DNA of 64,000 nt from contig CAWHIJ010000003.1 of NCBI GenBank assembly GCA_963829525.1, positions 1,600,001 through 1,664,000 on the forward strand. The letters run 5' to 3'. Made by a program: the position numbers and the translations under genes. This stretch comes from an uncultured Actinomycetota bacterium (GTDB lineage Bacteria; Actinomycetota; Actinomycetes; JAHEKZ01). The notes beneath the pieces were generated by a model, which was not told the origin of the DNA, made no database searches, and was given only the letters and a program-made list of their open reading frames with translations. Shown here piece by piece: positions 1 to 9,415 of this stretch (its first letter is position 1; each line of letters starts with the position of its first letter).

Positions 1-11
1 CAACCGCCGAC

Positions 12-3000
12 TCAGGCTCGACTGAGCGTGAAGCGTAGCCCTGAGTCCTCGTCAACGAAGGCTGAGACGTCCGCTACGGAGTTTTCGCTGCCCTCACTCC
101 CCTCACTCATAGAGGTCGCAAGCACCTCACCCCCGATGGTGTCGGAGTGCTCAACGATGGCCTCTCGCAGTTCACCGCTTGCCGACCACCGCAGTGAGAT
201 CCGGTCTGAGACCTCCAGCCCAGATGTCTTACGGGCCTCCTGGACCTGTCGCACCACATCGCGGGCCAGGCCCAGCCGCCTGAGCTCAGGGGTGAGAGTC
301 AGGTCGAGCGCGATGCTCTCGCCCGCATCGTGGTGGACCGCCCATCCCTCGCGTGGCGTCTCGGTCAGCACGACCTCGTCGGGCTCGATCGTGACCGGTT
401 CGCCACCGAGGTCGACCTGGGCGCGACCGGCGAGGGCCAGCGACTGCTGCAGCATCTGGGGGTCGGCAGCCGCGATGGCTGCGGCCACCTCGGGCGTCTG
501 CTTGCCGAACCGCTTGCCGAGTGCCCGGAAGTTGGCCTTTGCGGTGACCGACACCAGCTCGTCCACAGCACTTCCGAGGGCCTCGATACGTTGAACGTTC
601 AGCTCGGCGGACAGCTCAGCCTGCAGCTCGGCCGGCATGAGTTCCCATCCGGGCGCCGAGACGAGTGCGCGACCCAGCGGCTGGCGGGTCTTGACCCCGG
701 ACGCTGCCCGAGCGGCGCGACCGAGCTCGACGAGTCGTCTGACCTGCGCCATCTGCGTCGTGAGAGATTCATCGACCGCCGTCTCGTCGACCGCCGGCCA
801 GTCGGCCAGATGCACCGAGTCGACGGCGTTCGGTGTGGTGGACCGGACGAGGTCCTGCCAGACCTGCTCGGTGATGAAGGGGGTCAGGGGAGCCGTCACC
901 AAGGTGACGGCGGTCAGTGCCTCATGCAGCGTGGTGAACGCGGCGTCGTCGCCATCCCAGAACCGACGTCGGGATCGGCGGACGTACCAGTTGGAGAGCT
1001 CGTCGACGAAGGTGGCGATCTGCCCACCTGCGCCTGCCGCGTCAAAACCATCGAGCGCGGCGTCGACAGCCTTGACCAGCTGTTGAGTACGCGAAGCGAG
1101 CCACCTGTCCATCGCTGGGCGGTCAGCGACTGGGATCACGACCTCAGGGGGGCTCCATCCCGCGAGGCGGGCATAGAGGGCCTGGAACGAGACGGTGTTC
1201 CAATAGGTGAGCAGAGTCTTGCGGACCACCTCCTGAATCGTCTCGTGACTGACCCGCCTGGCCGACCACGGTGACCCGCTGGCCACCATGAACCATCGAA
1301 CGGCATCGGCCCCGTGTCGCTCCATCAGCGGCATTGGCTCAAGGACGTTGCCGAGGTGCTTGCTCATCTTGCGGCCATCCTTGTCGAGGATGTGGCCGAG
1401 ACAGAGCACCGTTCGGTAGGACGACTCTTCGAAGACAAGTGTCCCGACGGTCATCAGCGTGTAGAACCACCCGCGGGTCTGGTCGATCGCTTCGCAGATG
1501 TAGTCGGCCGGGTACTGGGCGCGAAACGCCTCCTCGGTCTGCAGGTGCGGGTAGCCCCACTGCGCGAAAGGCATACAGCCGGAGTCGAACCAACCATCGA
1601 CGACCTCAGGCACCCGTCGGGCGGGTTCGCCGCACTCCCGGCACGGCAGGACGACGTCGTCGACGAACGGACGGTGAGGGTCCATGTCATGCAGAGGCTG
1701 GCCCGCCACTTTGGCCAGCTCTGCGCGTGACCCGATCACGGTCAGGTGGTCCGACGGACAGCGCCAGATGGGCAGTGGGGTACCCCAGTAGCGGTTGCGC
1801 GACAGCGCCCAGTCGATGTTGTTCTCCAGCCAGTTGCCGTAACGACCGTGCTTGATGGAATCGGGGAACCAGGTGGTCGCCTCGTTCTGTGCGAGCAGCT
1901 GGTCCTTGATGGCGGTCGTCCGGATGTACCAGGAGGGCTGCGCGTAGTACATCAACGGCGTGTGGCAGCGCCAGCAGTGTGGGTAGCTGTGCTCGTACGG
2001 CAAGTGGGCGAAGAGGAGACCGCGCTGGCCGAGGTCGGCCACCAACGCCCCGTCGGCCTTCTTGAAGAAGACGCCGCCGACGAGCCCGACATCTGCGCCG
2101 AACTCCCCGTTGGCCAGCAGCGGGTTCACGACAGGCAGACCATGGGCTCTACCGATGGCGAGGTCCTCAGGGCCAAAGGCTGGTGCAAGGTGCACCAACC
2201 CGGTCCCGTCGGTGACGGTGACGTAGTCCGCCGACAGCACGGTGTGGATCGGACCTTCATCGGGTATCGGCACGAGGTCGAAGGGGGGGAGATAGCTCGT
2301 GCCGACAAGTTCGGCGCCCAGGAGGTGACTCACCACCGTGGCGTCATCACCGAGTGTGGTCGCGAGCAGGGGCTCGGCGACGACGAGCAGCTCACCGGCT
2401 GCCGTGCGGGCGAGCACGTAATCGACGTCGGGGTGGACAGCGACGGCGGTGTTGGACACCAAGGTCCACGGAGTCGTGGTCCACACCAGCAGGGCCGCGT
2501 CTTGGCCGGCGAAAGGACCGCCCGTCACCGGGAAGCGGACATAGACCGATGGGTCGACGACCGTCTCGTAACCCTGGGCCAGCTCGTGGTCGGAGAGCCC
2601 AGTTCCACAGCGCGGGCAATAGGGCGCGACCCGGTGGTCCTGGACGAGCAGGCCCTTGTCATGGATCTGCTTCAAAGCCCACCAGAGGCTGTCGACGTAG
2701 GCCGGATCCATCGTCCAGTACGCCTGGTCGGTGTCGACCCAGTAGCCCATCCGCTCAGTCATCTGCTCGAACTCGTCGACGTGACGCAGCACCGACTCAC
2801 GGCACTTGGCGTTGAACTCGGCGACGCCGAAGGCCTCGATGTCCTGCTTTCCGGAGAACCCCAGCTCCTTCTCGACGGCGATCTCGACCGGAAGGCCATG
2901 GCAGTCCCAGCCAGCCTTTCGGGGAACCCGGTACCCCTTCATCGTCCGGTACCGGGGGAAGACGTCCTTGAAGACGCGAGCCTCGATGTGGTGGGTGCCT

Positions 3001-3161
3001 GGGGTGCCGTTGGCGGTGGGTGGCCCTTCGTAGAAGACCCAAGCCGGGGCGTCGGCGCGCTGCTCCAGGCTTCGGTGGAAGGTGTTCTGGTCCCGCCACA
3101 GCGCGAGGACGTCGTGTTCGAGCGCTGGCAGGTCGACCTGCGGCGGAACTTCGCGGTACAT
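12..3161 (-). CDS. ileS: Isoleucine--tRNA ligase (type 2, GXHH variant)
   Basis: 1049 aa; FYEGPPTANG..GTHH, GWDCHGLPVE, WTTTPWTL, DWALSRNRYWGTPLP and KMSKH motifs; Ile T-box upstream. Confidence 0.97.
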   Translation of the reverse strand: MYREVPPQVDLPALEHDVLALWRDQNTFHRSLEQRADAPAWVFYEGPPTANGTPGTHHIEARVFKDVFPRYRTMKGYRVPRKAGWDCHGLPVEIAVEKELGFSGKQDIEAFGVAEFNAKCRESVLRHVDEFEQMTERMGYWVDTDQAYWTMDPAYVDSLWWALKQIHDKGLLVQDHRVAPYCPRCGTGLSDHELAQGYETVVDPSVYVRFPVTGGPFAGQDAALLVWTTTPWTLVSNTAVAVHPDVDYVLARTAAGELLVVAEPLLATTLGDDATVVSHLLGAELVGTSYLPPFDLVPIPDEGPIHTVLSADYVTVTDGTGLVHLAPAFGPEDLAIGRAHGLPVVNPLLANGEFGADVGLVGGVFFKKADGALVADLGQRGLLFAHLPYEHSYPHCWRCHTPLMYYAQPSWYIRTTAIKDQLLAQNEATTWFPDSIKHGRYGNWLENNIDWALSRNRYWGTPLPIWRCPSDHLTVIGSRAELAKVAGQPLHDMDPHRPFVDDVVLPCRECGEPARRVPEVVDGWFDSGCMPFAQWGYPHLQTEEAFRAQYPADYICEAIDQTRGWFYTLMTVGTLVFEESSYRTVLCLGHILDKDGRKMSKHLGNVLEPMPLMERHGADAVRWFMVASGSPWSARRVSHETIQEVVRKTLLTYWNTVSFQALYARLAGWSPPEVVIPVADRPAMDRWLASRTQQLVKAVDAALDGFDAAGAGGQIATFVDELSNWYVRRSRRRFWDGDDAAFTTLHEALTAVTLVTAPLTPFITEQVWQDLVRSTTPNAVDSVHLADWPAVDETAVDESLTTQMAQVRRLVELGRAARAASGVKTRQPLGRALVSAPGWELMPAELQAELSAELNVQRIEALGSAVDELVSVTAKANFRALGKRFGKQTPEVAAAIAAADPQMLQQSLALAGRAQVDLGGEPVTIEPDEVVLTETPREGWAVHHDAGESIALDLTLTPELRRLGLARDVVRQVQEARKTSGLEVSDRISLRWSASGELREAIVEHSDTIGGEVLATSMSEGSEGSENSVADVSAFVDEDSGLRFTLSRA

Positions 3162-3435
3162 CGGTCCTCCGTCGGGTGTGGCGTCCGATCAGAGGGACGA
3201 GGCCCTCTTGCGTGGCCCCGCGGTACCACCCTCATTGGCGGAGGTCGGTGTGGACGTCCACCCACTCGAGGTCGCTGCAGCCGGTTCTACCTGGCCCCGC
3301 CGCTCCCGACTGGGCCGCTCTTCCGGCAGCTCGGGGTGATGTTCTCCGCGCCAGACCCCCCGGGCTCACACCATCCCCGGGTCGCTCGTTGGCCTGATGC
3401 GCGCGGGTACTCGTCCCGTCGACGCCGTGCAGTCA
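3162..3435 (-). promoter_or_regulatory. T-box riboswitch (Ile, translational)
   Basis: Minus strand AATGAGGGTGGTACCGCG T-box at 3219-3236; specifier ATC at 3338-3340 after GAGAAC; anti-SD CCTCGTCCCTC before GGAGGA; no U-rich terminator; -10 TAGACT at 3442-3447. Confidence 0.92.
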
Positions 3436-3450
3436 CCGGTGAGTCTAGCG

Positions 3451-3756
3451 ATGCAGCAAACTGCAGTGGTGGTGGACACCAGCGAGTACGAGTCGACGCT
3501 TCAGATCTGGGTGCGGCCGGGCTCGTCACACACTCGGGTCGGTGGTGAGCACGCCGGAGCCCTGGCCGTGGCGGTGCCGGCCAAAGCGGTTGACGGGGCC
3601 GCGACCGACGCCGGGTTGACCGCCCTGGCGCAGGCGCTGGAGGTCCCCAGGCGAGGAGTGTGGCTGGTCCGAGGGGCCGCGGCGCGGCAGAAGATCGTTG
3701 GGGTGAACCTCCCCAGCCAGGAACTGGCCAGACGCGTGAATGTCCTGAAGGGCTAG
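3451..3756 (+). CDS. DUF167 (YggU/UPF0235) family protein
   Basis: VRPG...VAVPAKAVDGAA..AL..LA..L.VPRR.V.LVRG...RQK pattern; start uncertain. Confidence 0.8.
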   Translation: MQQTAVVVDTSEYESTLQIWVRPGSSHTRVGGEHAGALAVAVPAKAVDGAATDAGLTALAQALEVPRRGVWLVRGAAARQKIVGVNLPSQELARRVNVLKG

Positions 3757-3884
3757 CCAGGCGCGCTAGGCCGAGCGTTGCTGCCGAGCGCGCGGCGGCC
3801 TCGGCGGCGTGGCGGTTTGGCTCCGACCCCCTCAAGCGCCTATTCTCGCGCGGACTCCGCGCAGTCGGTCTCTGGGAGGTCCGC

Positions 3885-4816
3885 ATGGCGCAGCACACGT
3901 CCAGTGGTGGAACGACCCGGTCTCGGGGTGCTTCCACGCGCTCCCGATCGCGGACATCCTCGGCTACGACCAACGCAGCGAAGAAGGCCTCAGCGAAGAA
4001 GCGAAGAAGACGGTGACAAAGAAGACCGTGACGACGAAGACACCAGCGACAAATAAGACGCCCGCGACAAAGAAGGCCTCAGCGAAGAAGGCCGTCGCGA
4101 AGAAGACGGTGACAAAAAAGACCGTGACGAAGAAGGCACCGGCGAAGAAGGCCGTCGCGAAGAAGGCACCGGCGAAGAAGGCCGTCGCGAAGAAGGCACC
4201 GGCGAAGAAGGCCGTCGCGAAGAAGGCACCGGCGAAGAAGGCCGTCGCGAAGAAGGCACCGGCGAAGAAGGCACCGGCCAAGAAGGCCGTCGCGAAGAAG
4301 GCACCGGCCAAGAAGGCACCGGCCAAGAAAGCCGTCGTTGCACCCGCACCGGCATCCGCCACACCCGAGCCCGTTGCACCTGCACCCGCCAAACCGGTGG
4401 TGCCCTTGAAGAAGGCCGCCGTCGCCCCGAAGCGGTCGGCGCGCGGTCGCAAACCGCTGACCCCCGCGGAGCGCGATGAGATGCGCGGCGTCCTGCGGGC
4501 CGAGCGGGTACGCCTTAAGGCTGAGATCGCCACAGCAGTGGAAGATCTCAATGAGCTGCTGCGCGACTCCGGCGATGGCTCCGGTGACGACCAAGCAGAT
4601 GCGGGAAGCAAGACTTTCGAGCGCGAGCACGAGATGTCGGTTGCCAACAACTCCCGTGACCTGCTCGAACAAGTTGAGCACGCCCTGAAGCGGATTACCG
4701 ACGGCTCCTACGGGACGTGTGAAAGCTGTGGTCTTCCGATCGGCAAGATGCGTCTTGAAGCTTTTCCCCGCGCGACGCTCTGTGTCGACTGCAAGCAGCG
4801 TGAGGAACGGCGCTGA
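3885..4816 (+). CDS. TraR/DksA C4 zinc-finger protein with histone H1-like Lys/Ala N-terminal repeats (DdbA-like); frameshift near 4000
   Basis: SD GGGAGG then ATG at 3885; ([10 protein letters not shown])n; DDQADAG coiled-coil tip; CESC..CVDC finger; located between ileS and lspA. Confidence 0.88.
4129..4330 (+). repeat. 30-bp/15-bp coding tandem repeat (AAGAAGGCACCGGCG / AAGAAGGCCGTCGCG)
   Basis: Several identical units read directly; encodes [10 protein letters not shown]. Confidence 0.92.
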
Positions 4817-5331
4817 GCTCCGATCCGCTTGTTCCTGCGTCTCGCCGTCCGCTCTGGATCACCTTGGGGGTCGCTGCTGGGGTCCTGGCTGTCGACCAGG
4901 GAACGAAATGGTGGGTCCAGCAGCAGATGCCCGGTCGCGAGCCGATTGACATCGTGGGGGATTGGCTCCAGATCACCTACACCCTCAACCCAGGTGCCGC
5001 GTTCAGCATGGGGGGCAGTTTCACCTTTGTGCTGACAGCCATCGCGATCACGGTGGCCGTCGTCATCATCCGGATGGCGTCGCGGCTGGGGTCCAACGCC
5101 TGGGCTGTCGCGCTCGGCGGACTCCTCGGGGGCGCCTTGGGTAACTTGACGGACCGGCTGTTCCGCGGCCCGGCTCCGTTTCGCGGCTCGGTCGTCGACT
5201 GGATCTCAGTGCCCAACTGGCCGGTCTTCAACATCGCAGACAGCGCGATCTTCTGCTCGGCGATCCTGATGGTGTGGCTGTCGTTTCGCGGGATCGGTCT
5301 CGACGGATCTCGACCGAGCGCGACGGGCTAA
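4813..5331 (+). CDS. lspA: Signal peptidase II (lipoprotein signal peptidase)
   Basis: [34 protein letters not shown] motifs; start is CTG 4813 or TTG 4864. Confidence 0.95.
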   Translation: MSSDPLVPASRRPLWITLGVAAGVLAVDQGTKWWVQQQMPGREPIDIVGDWLQITYTLNPGAAFSMGGSFTFVLTAIAITVAVVIIRMASRLGSNAWAVALGGLLGGALGNLTDRLFRGPAPFRGSVVDWISVPNWPVFNIADSAIFCSAILMVWLSFRGIGLDGSRPSATG

Positions 5332-5340
5332 CCTCACCAA

Positions 5341-6267
5341 GTGCCAGAACATCGCAGTGTCGCAGTCCCGGAAGGGCTTGAGGGCGAGCGTGTCGACGCG
5401 GCGATGGCCAGGCTGTTCGGGCTCTCGCGCACCAAGGCGGCTGACCTCATCAGCGCTGGGGCCGTGTTGGTGGACGGCGCGGCTCCCCTCAAGAGCGACC
5501 GCGTCCGGGCTGGCCTGATGCTCGAGGTCGAGCTTCCGGACGTAGCGTCACCGGTCGCGATCGACACCGAACCGGTGCCTGGCTTGCTCGTCCTGCACGA
5601 CGACGACGACATCGTGGTCGTCGACAAGCCGGTCGGAGTTGCTGCACATCCAAGCCCTGGGTGGAGCGGGCCTACCGTGGTGGGGGGTCTTGCTGCAGCT
5701 GGCTACCGGGTTGCGACGAGCGGAGCGGCCGAACGCCAGGGGGTCGTGCACCGACTCGACGTCGGTACGAGCGGGGTGATGGTTGTGGCCAAGTCCGAGC
5801 GCGCCTACAGCCTGCTGAAAGCTGCTTTCAAAGAGCGGGCGGTCGAGAAGATCTACCACGCCGTGGTCCAAGGACACCCTGATCCAAGTCGGGGAACCGT
5901 TGACGCACCGATCGGGCGTCATCCCAAAGATGACTGGCGCTGGGCCGTGACCGCCGGTGGCAAGGACAGCGTGACTCATTACGAGACGCTTGAGGCGTTC
6001 CGTGCGGCGAGTCTGCTCATCATCCACCTGGAGACTGGACGGACGCATCAGATTCGGGTGCACATGAGCGCGATCCGACATCCCTGTGTGGGGGACCTGA
6101 CATACGGGGCCGACCCGACGCTCTCGGCGCGCCTCGGCCTGTCGCGACAGTGGCTTCATGCGCGTGAACTTGCCTTTGCACACCCGTCCTCCGGTGAGCA
6201 GGTGCGGTTCACCTCGCCCTACCCGGACGACCTTGAGCGCGCGCTCGAGGTGCTGCGCGAGGAGTAG
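5341..6267 (+). CDS. rluD: RluA/RluD-family pseudouridine synthase
   Basis: S4 domain, [22 protein letters not shown]. Confidence 0.93.
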   Translation: MPEHRSVAVPEGLEGERVDAAMARLFGLSRTKAADLISAGAVLVDGAAPLKSDRVRAGLMLEVELPDVASPVAIDTEPVPGLLVLHDDDDIVVVDKPVGVAAHPSPGWSGPTVVGGLAAAGYRVATSGAAERQGVVHRLDVGTSGVMVVAKSERAYSLLKAAFKERAVEKIYHAVVQGHPDPSRGTVDAPIGRHPKDDWRWAVTAGGKDSVTHYETLEAFRAASLLIIHLETGRTHQIRVHMSAIRHPCVGDLTYGADPTLSARLGLSRQWLHARELAFAHPSSGEQVRFTSPYPDDLERALEVLREE

Positions 6268-6284
6268 AAGACGGGGCGAGTCCC

Positions 6285-7553
6285 TTAGGTCGGGGCAGGT
6301 TCTAGGTATGCCCATGGCTCGGTGGTGAAGCGTCGTCCGACAGGGGTCGTCCACTCAAGCAGGCCGTCCGGTTGGTTCACCACGCTCCAACCGGGGGAGT
6401 GTTTGACCCGATGATGGTGGCGGCAGAGCACCGCCAGGTTCGCGGCTTCGGTGGGGCCTTCCGGCCAGGCCACGGAGTGGTCAAGGTCGGTACCGGTGCG
6501 CTCACCGACGGCTGAGCGGCGGCATCCGGGGAACCGGCACGTGACGTCGCGCGACCGGACTGCCCGTTCGAGCCGAGGTGTTGGCCGGTACTGCCGCTCG
6601 GCGACATCCAGGAGCACCCCAGAGCTCTCATCGACAAGCAACCGTCGCCAGGTGGCGGGGGATCCACAGCCACCTGACGCGAGGTCGCGGGCCACGGACG
6701 CAGTGATCGGTCCGATGCCAGGGATGTGGCCGGGCTCGGCTCCTTCGCCGAGGAGCGAGTCGACGGGGACCAGCACCTGCACGTGAACCTGCGGAGGCTC
6801 GGCGCGACCCAAGAGCAGGTCGAACAGCGCGTCAGCGCGTCGTTGGTCCGTAGTGCGTACCTCTTCGGCTCCCGCCTCGTTCGCCACCGCGTTAACCGTG
6901 TCGTAGATCTGTCGCGCTTGGATGCTGGGCAGGATCGCTGTCAGTTCAGATACGCCATCACCAAGTGGGGTCAACATGACTCGGCGGTCAGCGATCGCTC
7001 GGTGCCGACGAATCTCCGCTGCTCCAGGATCGGCCGCGATCACGCGACGCGCCAGCCATGCGCGAACCTGAGTGGTTGTTCGGGTCGATGCGTACTCGAC
7101 AGCCGCCTGTGCGAGTGAGTCGGCGAAGACTGGGTCGACATCGCAAACGCCGTCGGCGATCACCGAGACCTTGCGCTCGTCGAGCCGACCGAGCGACCAA
7201 GCAGCCATCACAGATGGCAGTGTCGAGGCTGCGCATGCGATTCCGAATCGGCGCGCGGCGACCGGCTTGGTGCACGTCAGTGTCACCGCGATCTCGTCGG
7301 CGATGAACTCTGATCGACACTCACTCGACCAGAGCGGTCGGCCCAAACGCTGCTCGTCCAGGCGGTCAGCGTGCGCGGCCCTGCGTGCCATCTCGGCCAT
7401 CGCCGTTGCCTGGCGCGCCATCAGCATCTGCGCCGCCTGCTCGCAGTCCACGAGTTCATCACGCAAGGCTGCGTCGGTGACGTCCGCAATGTCAGTCACG
7501 TTCGCAAGCAGGTTGGACACCTGCTGCGCGACGGATGGGTGGGTCGAGTTCAT
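6285..7553 (-). CDS. DUF222 domain / HNH endonuclease (13E12-repeat family)
   Basis: QRRADAL, RDVTCRFPGC..DLDH...NLAVLCRHHHRVKH; start taken at ATG 7553, just after the promoter motif. Confidence 0.88.
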   Translation of the reverse strand: MNSTHPSVAQQVSNLLANVTDIADVTDAALRDELVDCEQAAQMLMARQATAMAEMARRAAHADRLDEQRLGRPLWSSECRSEFIADEIAVTLTCTKPVAARRFGIACAASTLPSVMAAWSLGRLDERKVSVIADGVCDVDPVFADSLAQAAVEYASTRTTTQVRAWLARRVIAADPGAAEIRRHRAIADRRVMLTPLGDGVSELTAILPSIQARQIYDTVNAVANEAGAEEVRTTDQRRADALFDLLLGRAEPPQVHVQVLVPVDSLLGEGAEPGHIPGIGPITASVARDLASGGCGSPATWRRLLVDESSGVLLDVAERQYRPTPRLERAVRSRDVTCRFPGCRRSAVGERTGTDLDHSVAWPEGPTEAANLAVLCRHHHRVKHSPGWSVVNQPDGLLEWTTPVGRRFTTEPWAYLEPAPT

Positions 7554-7560
7554 GAAGTGC

Positions 7561-7583
7561 ACTCTTCCACCTGGGTCTGACAA
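7561..7583 (-). promoter_or_regulatory. RecA-NDp/PafBC-like promoter (TGTCAG-N10-AAGAGT), leaderless
   Basis: Resembles TGTCGG-N10-TANNNT; -10 ends 7 nt before ATG 7553. Confidence 0.6.
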
Positions 7584-7604
7584 GCCGTCCGTTGCGTTGT
7601 GGTG

Positions 7605-7613
7605 TTGTCCACA
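7605..7613 (+). promoter_or_regulatory. DnaA-box-like nonamer TTGTCCACA
   Basis: Exact actinobacterial DnaA box consensus, single copy. Confidence 0.45.
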
Positions 7614-7640
7614 CCACCCAGTCACACCGTCACCGAGCGG

Positions 7641-7760
7641 TCAACTCTCGTTGGTGGGTGAGGATCGGTGGGCCAGTCGGACGGCGAGGAAGACGCCGGC
7701 GAAGACTCCGCTTAACAGCATCAGCATGAGAACCACTTCGATGGACCCGAGGTCGAACAT
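7641..7760 (-). CDS. Small (39 aa) single-pass membrane protein
   Basis: AGGAGG SD; MFDLGSIEVVLMLMLLSGVFAGVFLAVRLAHRSSPTNES; too short for the ORF track. Confidence 0.5.
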   Translation of the reverse strand: MFDLGSIEVVLMLMLLSGVFAGVFLAVRLAHRSSPTNES

Positions 7761-7773
7761 GTCGTGAAACCTC

Positions 7774-7960
7774 CTAGAAGATTGAGCCGAAGAGGAGCCC
7801 GATCACCAGCAAGATCGATCCGGATCCCAATAACGTGGCCACCCACTTCTCGCCCCTGGTCCACGCCGGCGAGAGCCAGGCGCAGACCAGGCCAGCCAAG
7901 GGACCGATCACCCATGTAGCTGTCGATCGCGCCTGCTCCGGGTAGGCCGGTCTGGGTCAT
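7774..7960 (-). pseudogene. Remnant of a PadR-associated (HAAS-type) membrane protein, internally deleted and frameshifted
   Basis: MTQTGLPGAGAIDSY followed out of frame by WVIGPLAGLVCAWLSPAWTRGEKWVATLL. Confidence 0.5.
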
Positions 7961-7965
7961 GTCCG

Positions 7966-8310
7966 TCAGTTCCCCTCGGTGATCAGTGTGTCGACAGCGT
8001 CGCGAAAACTGGTCCACTCCTCGGCAAATGCGCGCAGCGAGACTCGCCCCGACTCGGTGATGCGGTAGTAGCGACGCGGTGGGCCGGTTTCCGACTCTCG
8101 CCACGTCGTTGCGACCAAGCCCTCGCGCCGCAGCCGGGAGAGCAGCGGATAGAGGGTGCCCTCGCTGGTGACGAGCGCCTCGACCCGTCCGAGGTCGCCC
8201 ACGAGGTCAACGGCGTATCGCTCCTCGTGGGAGACCAGGGCGAGGACGCAGTACTCCAGCGCCCCGCGACGCAGCTGGGTCAGGCTCGTTCGCTGCTCTG
8301 CCGCTTCCAT
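7966..8310 (-). CDS. PadR-family transcriptional regulator
   Basis: [34 protein letters not shown]; -10 TACCTT 7 nt before ATG. Confidence 0.93.
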   Translation of the reverse strand: MEAAEQRTSLTQLRRGALEYCVLALVSHEERYAVDLVGDLGRVEALVTSEGTLYPLLSRLRREGLVATTWRESETGPPRRYYRITESGRVSLRAFAEEWTSFRDAVDTLITEGN

Positions 8311-8386
8311 GCGAGACAAGGTACCAGGTGAGGCACGTTGCCGGGGCGGTTTCGCAAAGCATCCACCTCGGTCGCAGGATGGACCC

Positions 8387-9277
8387 ATGACAACTGCGAC
8401 GCCCGCCACCTTCGCTATTCGCGGCAGCTTGCCCATCCACCGACTCGGCTACGGCGCCATGCAGATCACGGGGGAGGGGATCTGGGGCCCTCCTGCCGAC
8501 CATGACGGTGCGCTGGCCGTACTGCGCAGGGCCGTCGAGCTCGGGGTCGACTTCATCGACACGGCAGACTCGTACGGTCCGACCGTCAGTGAAGAGCTGA
8601 TCGCCGAGGCGCTGCACCCCTACCCGGAGAGCCTGGTCATCGCGACCAAGGCCGGACTGACCAGGACCGGGCCGGGCCATTGGCACGTGCTGGGCTTCCC
8701 TGAGTACCTGAAGCAGCAGTGTGAGCTGAGTCTTCGGCGGCTCAAGGTGGAAACGATCGATCTCTTTCAACTGCACCGGGTGGACACCAGGGTTCCGCTG
8801 GCTGACCAAATCGGCGCATTAGTCGAGCTGCAGAAGGAAGGCAAGATCCGGCACATCGGGCTCTCCGAGATCACCGTCTCCCAGCTCCAGGCGGCGCTGC
8901 AGATCACGCCCATCGCCACGGTCCAGAATCTGTACAACGTCGGCAACCGAGCGAGTGAGCCGCTGCTGGACGTGTGCGCCTCCGCCGGCATCGGCTTCAT
9001 CCCCTGGTTCCCGGTGCAGACCGGTGAGCTCGCGGCACGAGGCAGTCGGCTGGACGCCCTTGCGACGTCCACCGGCCACACCCCGGCACAGCTCGCTCTT
9101 GCCTGGCTCCTTCAGCGGTCGCCAGTGATGCTGCCGATCCCGGGCACCAAGTCGGTTGGGCACCTCGAGGAGAACTGCCAAGCGGCGCACATCACCTTGG
9201 ACGACGCAGCCGTCGCCACCCTGGACGCCCTCGTGGCGCCGGGAACTGACCCAGAGACAAAGGGCACCTCGAGCTGA
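8387..9277 (+). CDS. Aldo/keto reductase
   Basis: [38 protein letters not shown]. Confidence 0.93.
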   Translation: MTTATPATFAIRGSLPIHRLGYGAMQITGEGIWGPPADHDGALAVLRRAVELGVDFIDTADSYGPTVSEELIAEALHPYPESLVIATKAGLTRTGPGHWHVLGFPEYLKQQCELSLRRLKVETIDLFQLHRVDTRVPLADQIGALVELQKEGKIRHIGLSEITVSQLQAALQITPIATVQNLYNVGNRASEPLLDVCASAGIGFIPWFPVQTGELAARGSRLDALATSTGHTPAQLALAWLLQRSPVMLPIPGTKSVGHLEENCQAAHITLDDAAVATLDALVAPGTDPETKGTSS

Positions 9278-9415
9278 CTACCCGGAGCGTCGGTTCGGGG
9301 TTCGGGGGTGGGGCCGACTACAGTCGGCAGGGCCGCCTTCCCCCGGCACTTCACAGCCACTCAAGAACCCTCCACGGTTCTTCCGAACGACCCTCTCAGG
9401 GAGGCCGGCGCCGGT

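Noticed and set aside
1746-3548. 600-aa plus-strand ORF and many similar long antisense ORFs
   Set aside because: Shadow frames of high-GC genes with no recognisable motifs
4129-4330. Repeat array as a CRISPR
   Set aside because: Contiguous in-frame coding repeats with no unique spacers and no cas genes; the same applies to the other tandem repeats
6268-7640. DUF222-HNH locus as an IS element
   Set aside because: No DDE, HUH or recombinase motifs, terminal inverted repeats or target-site duplication found by eye
7753-7768. Second SOS box (TCGAACATGTCGTGAA)
   Set aside because: Only one half-site matches
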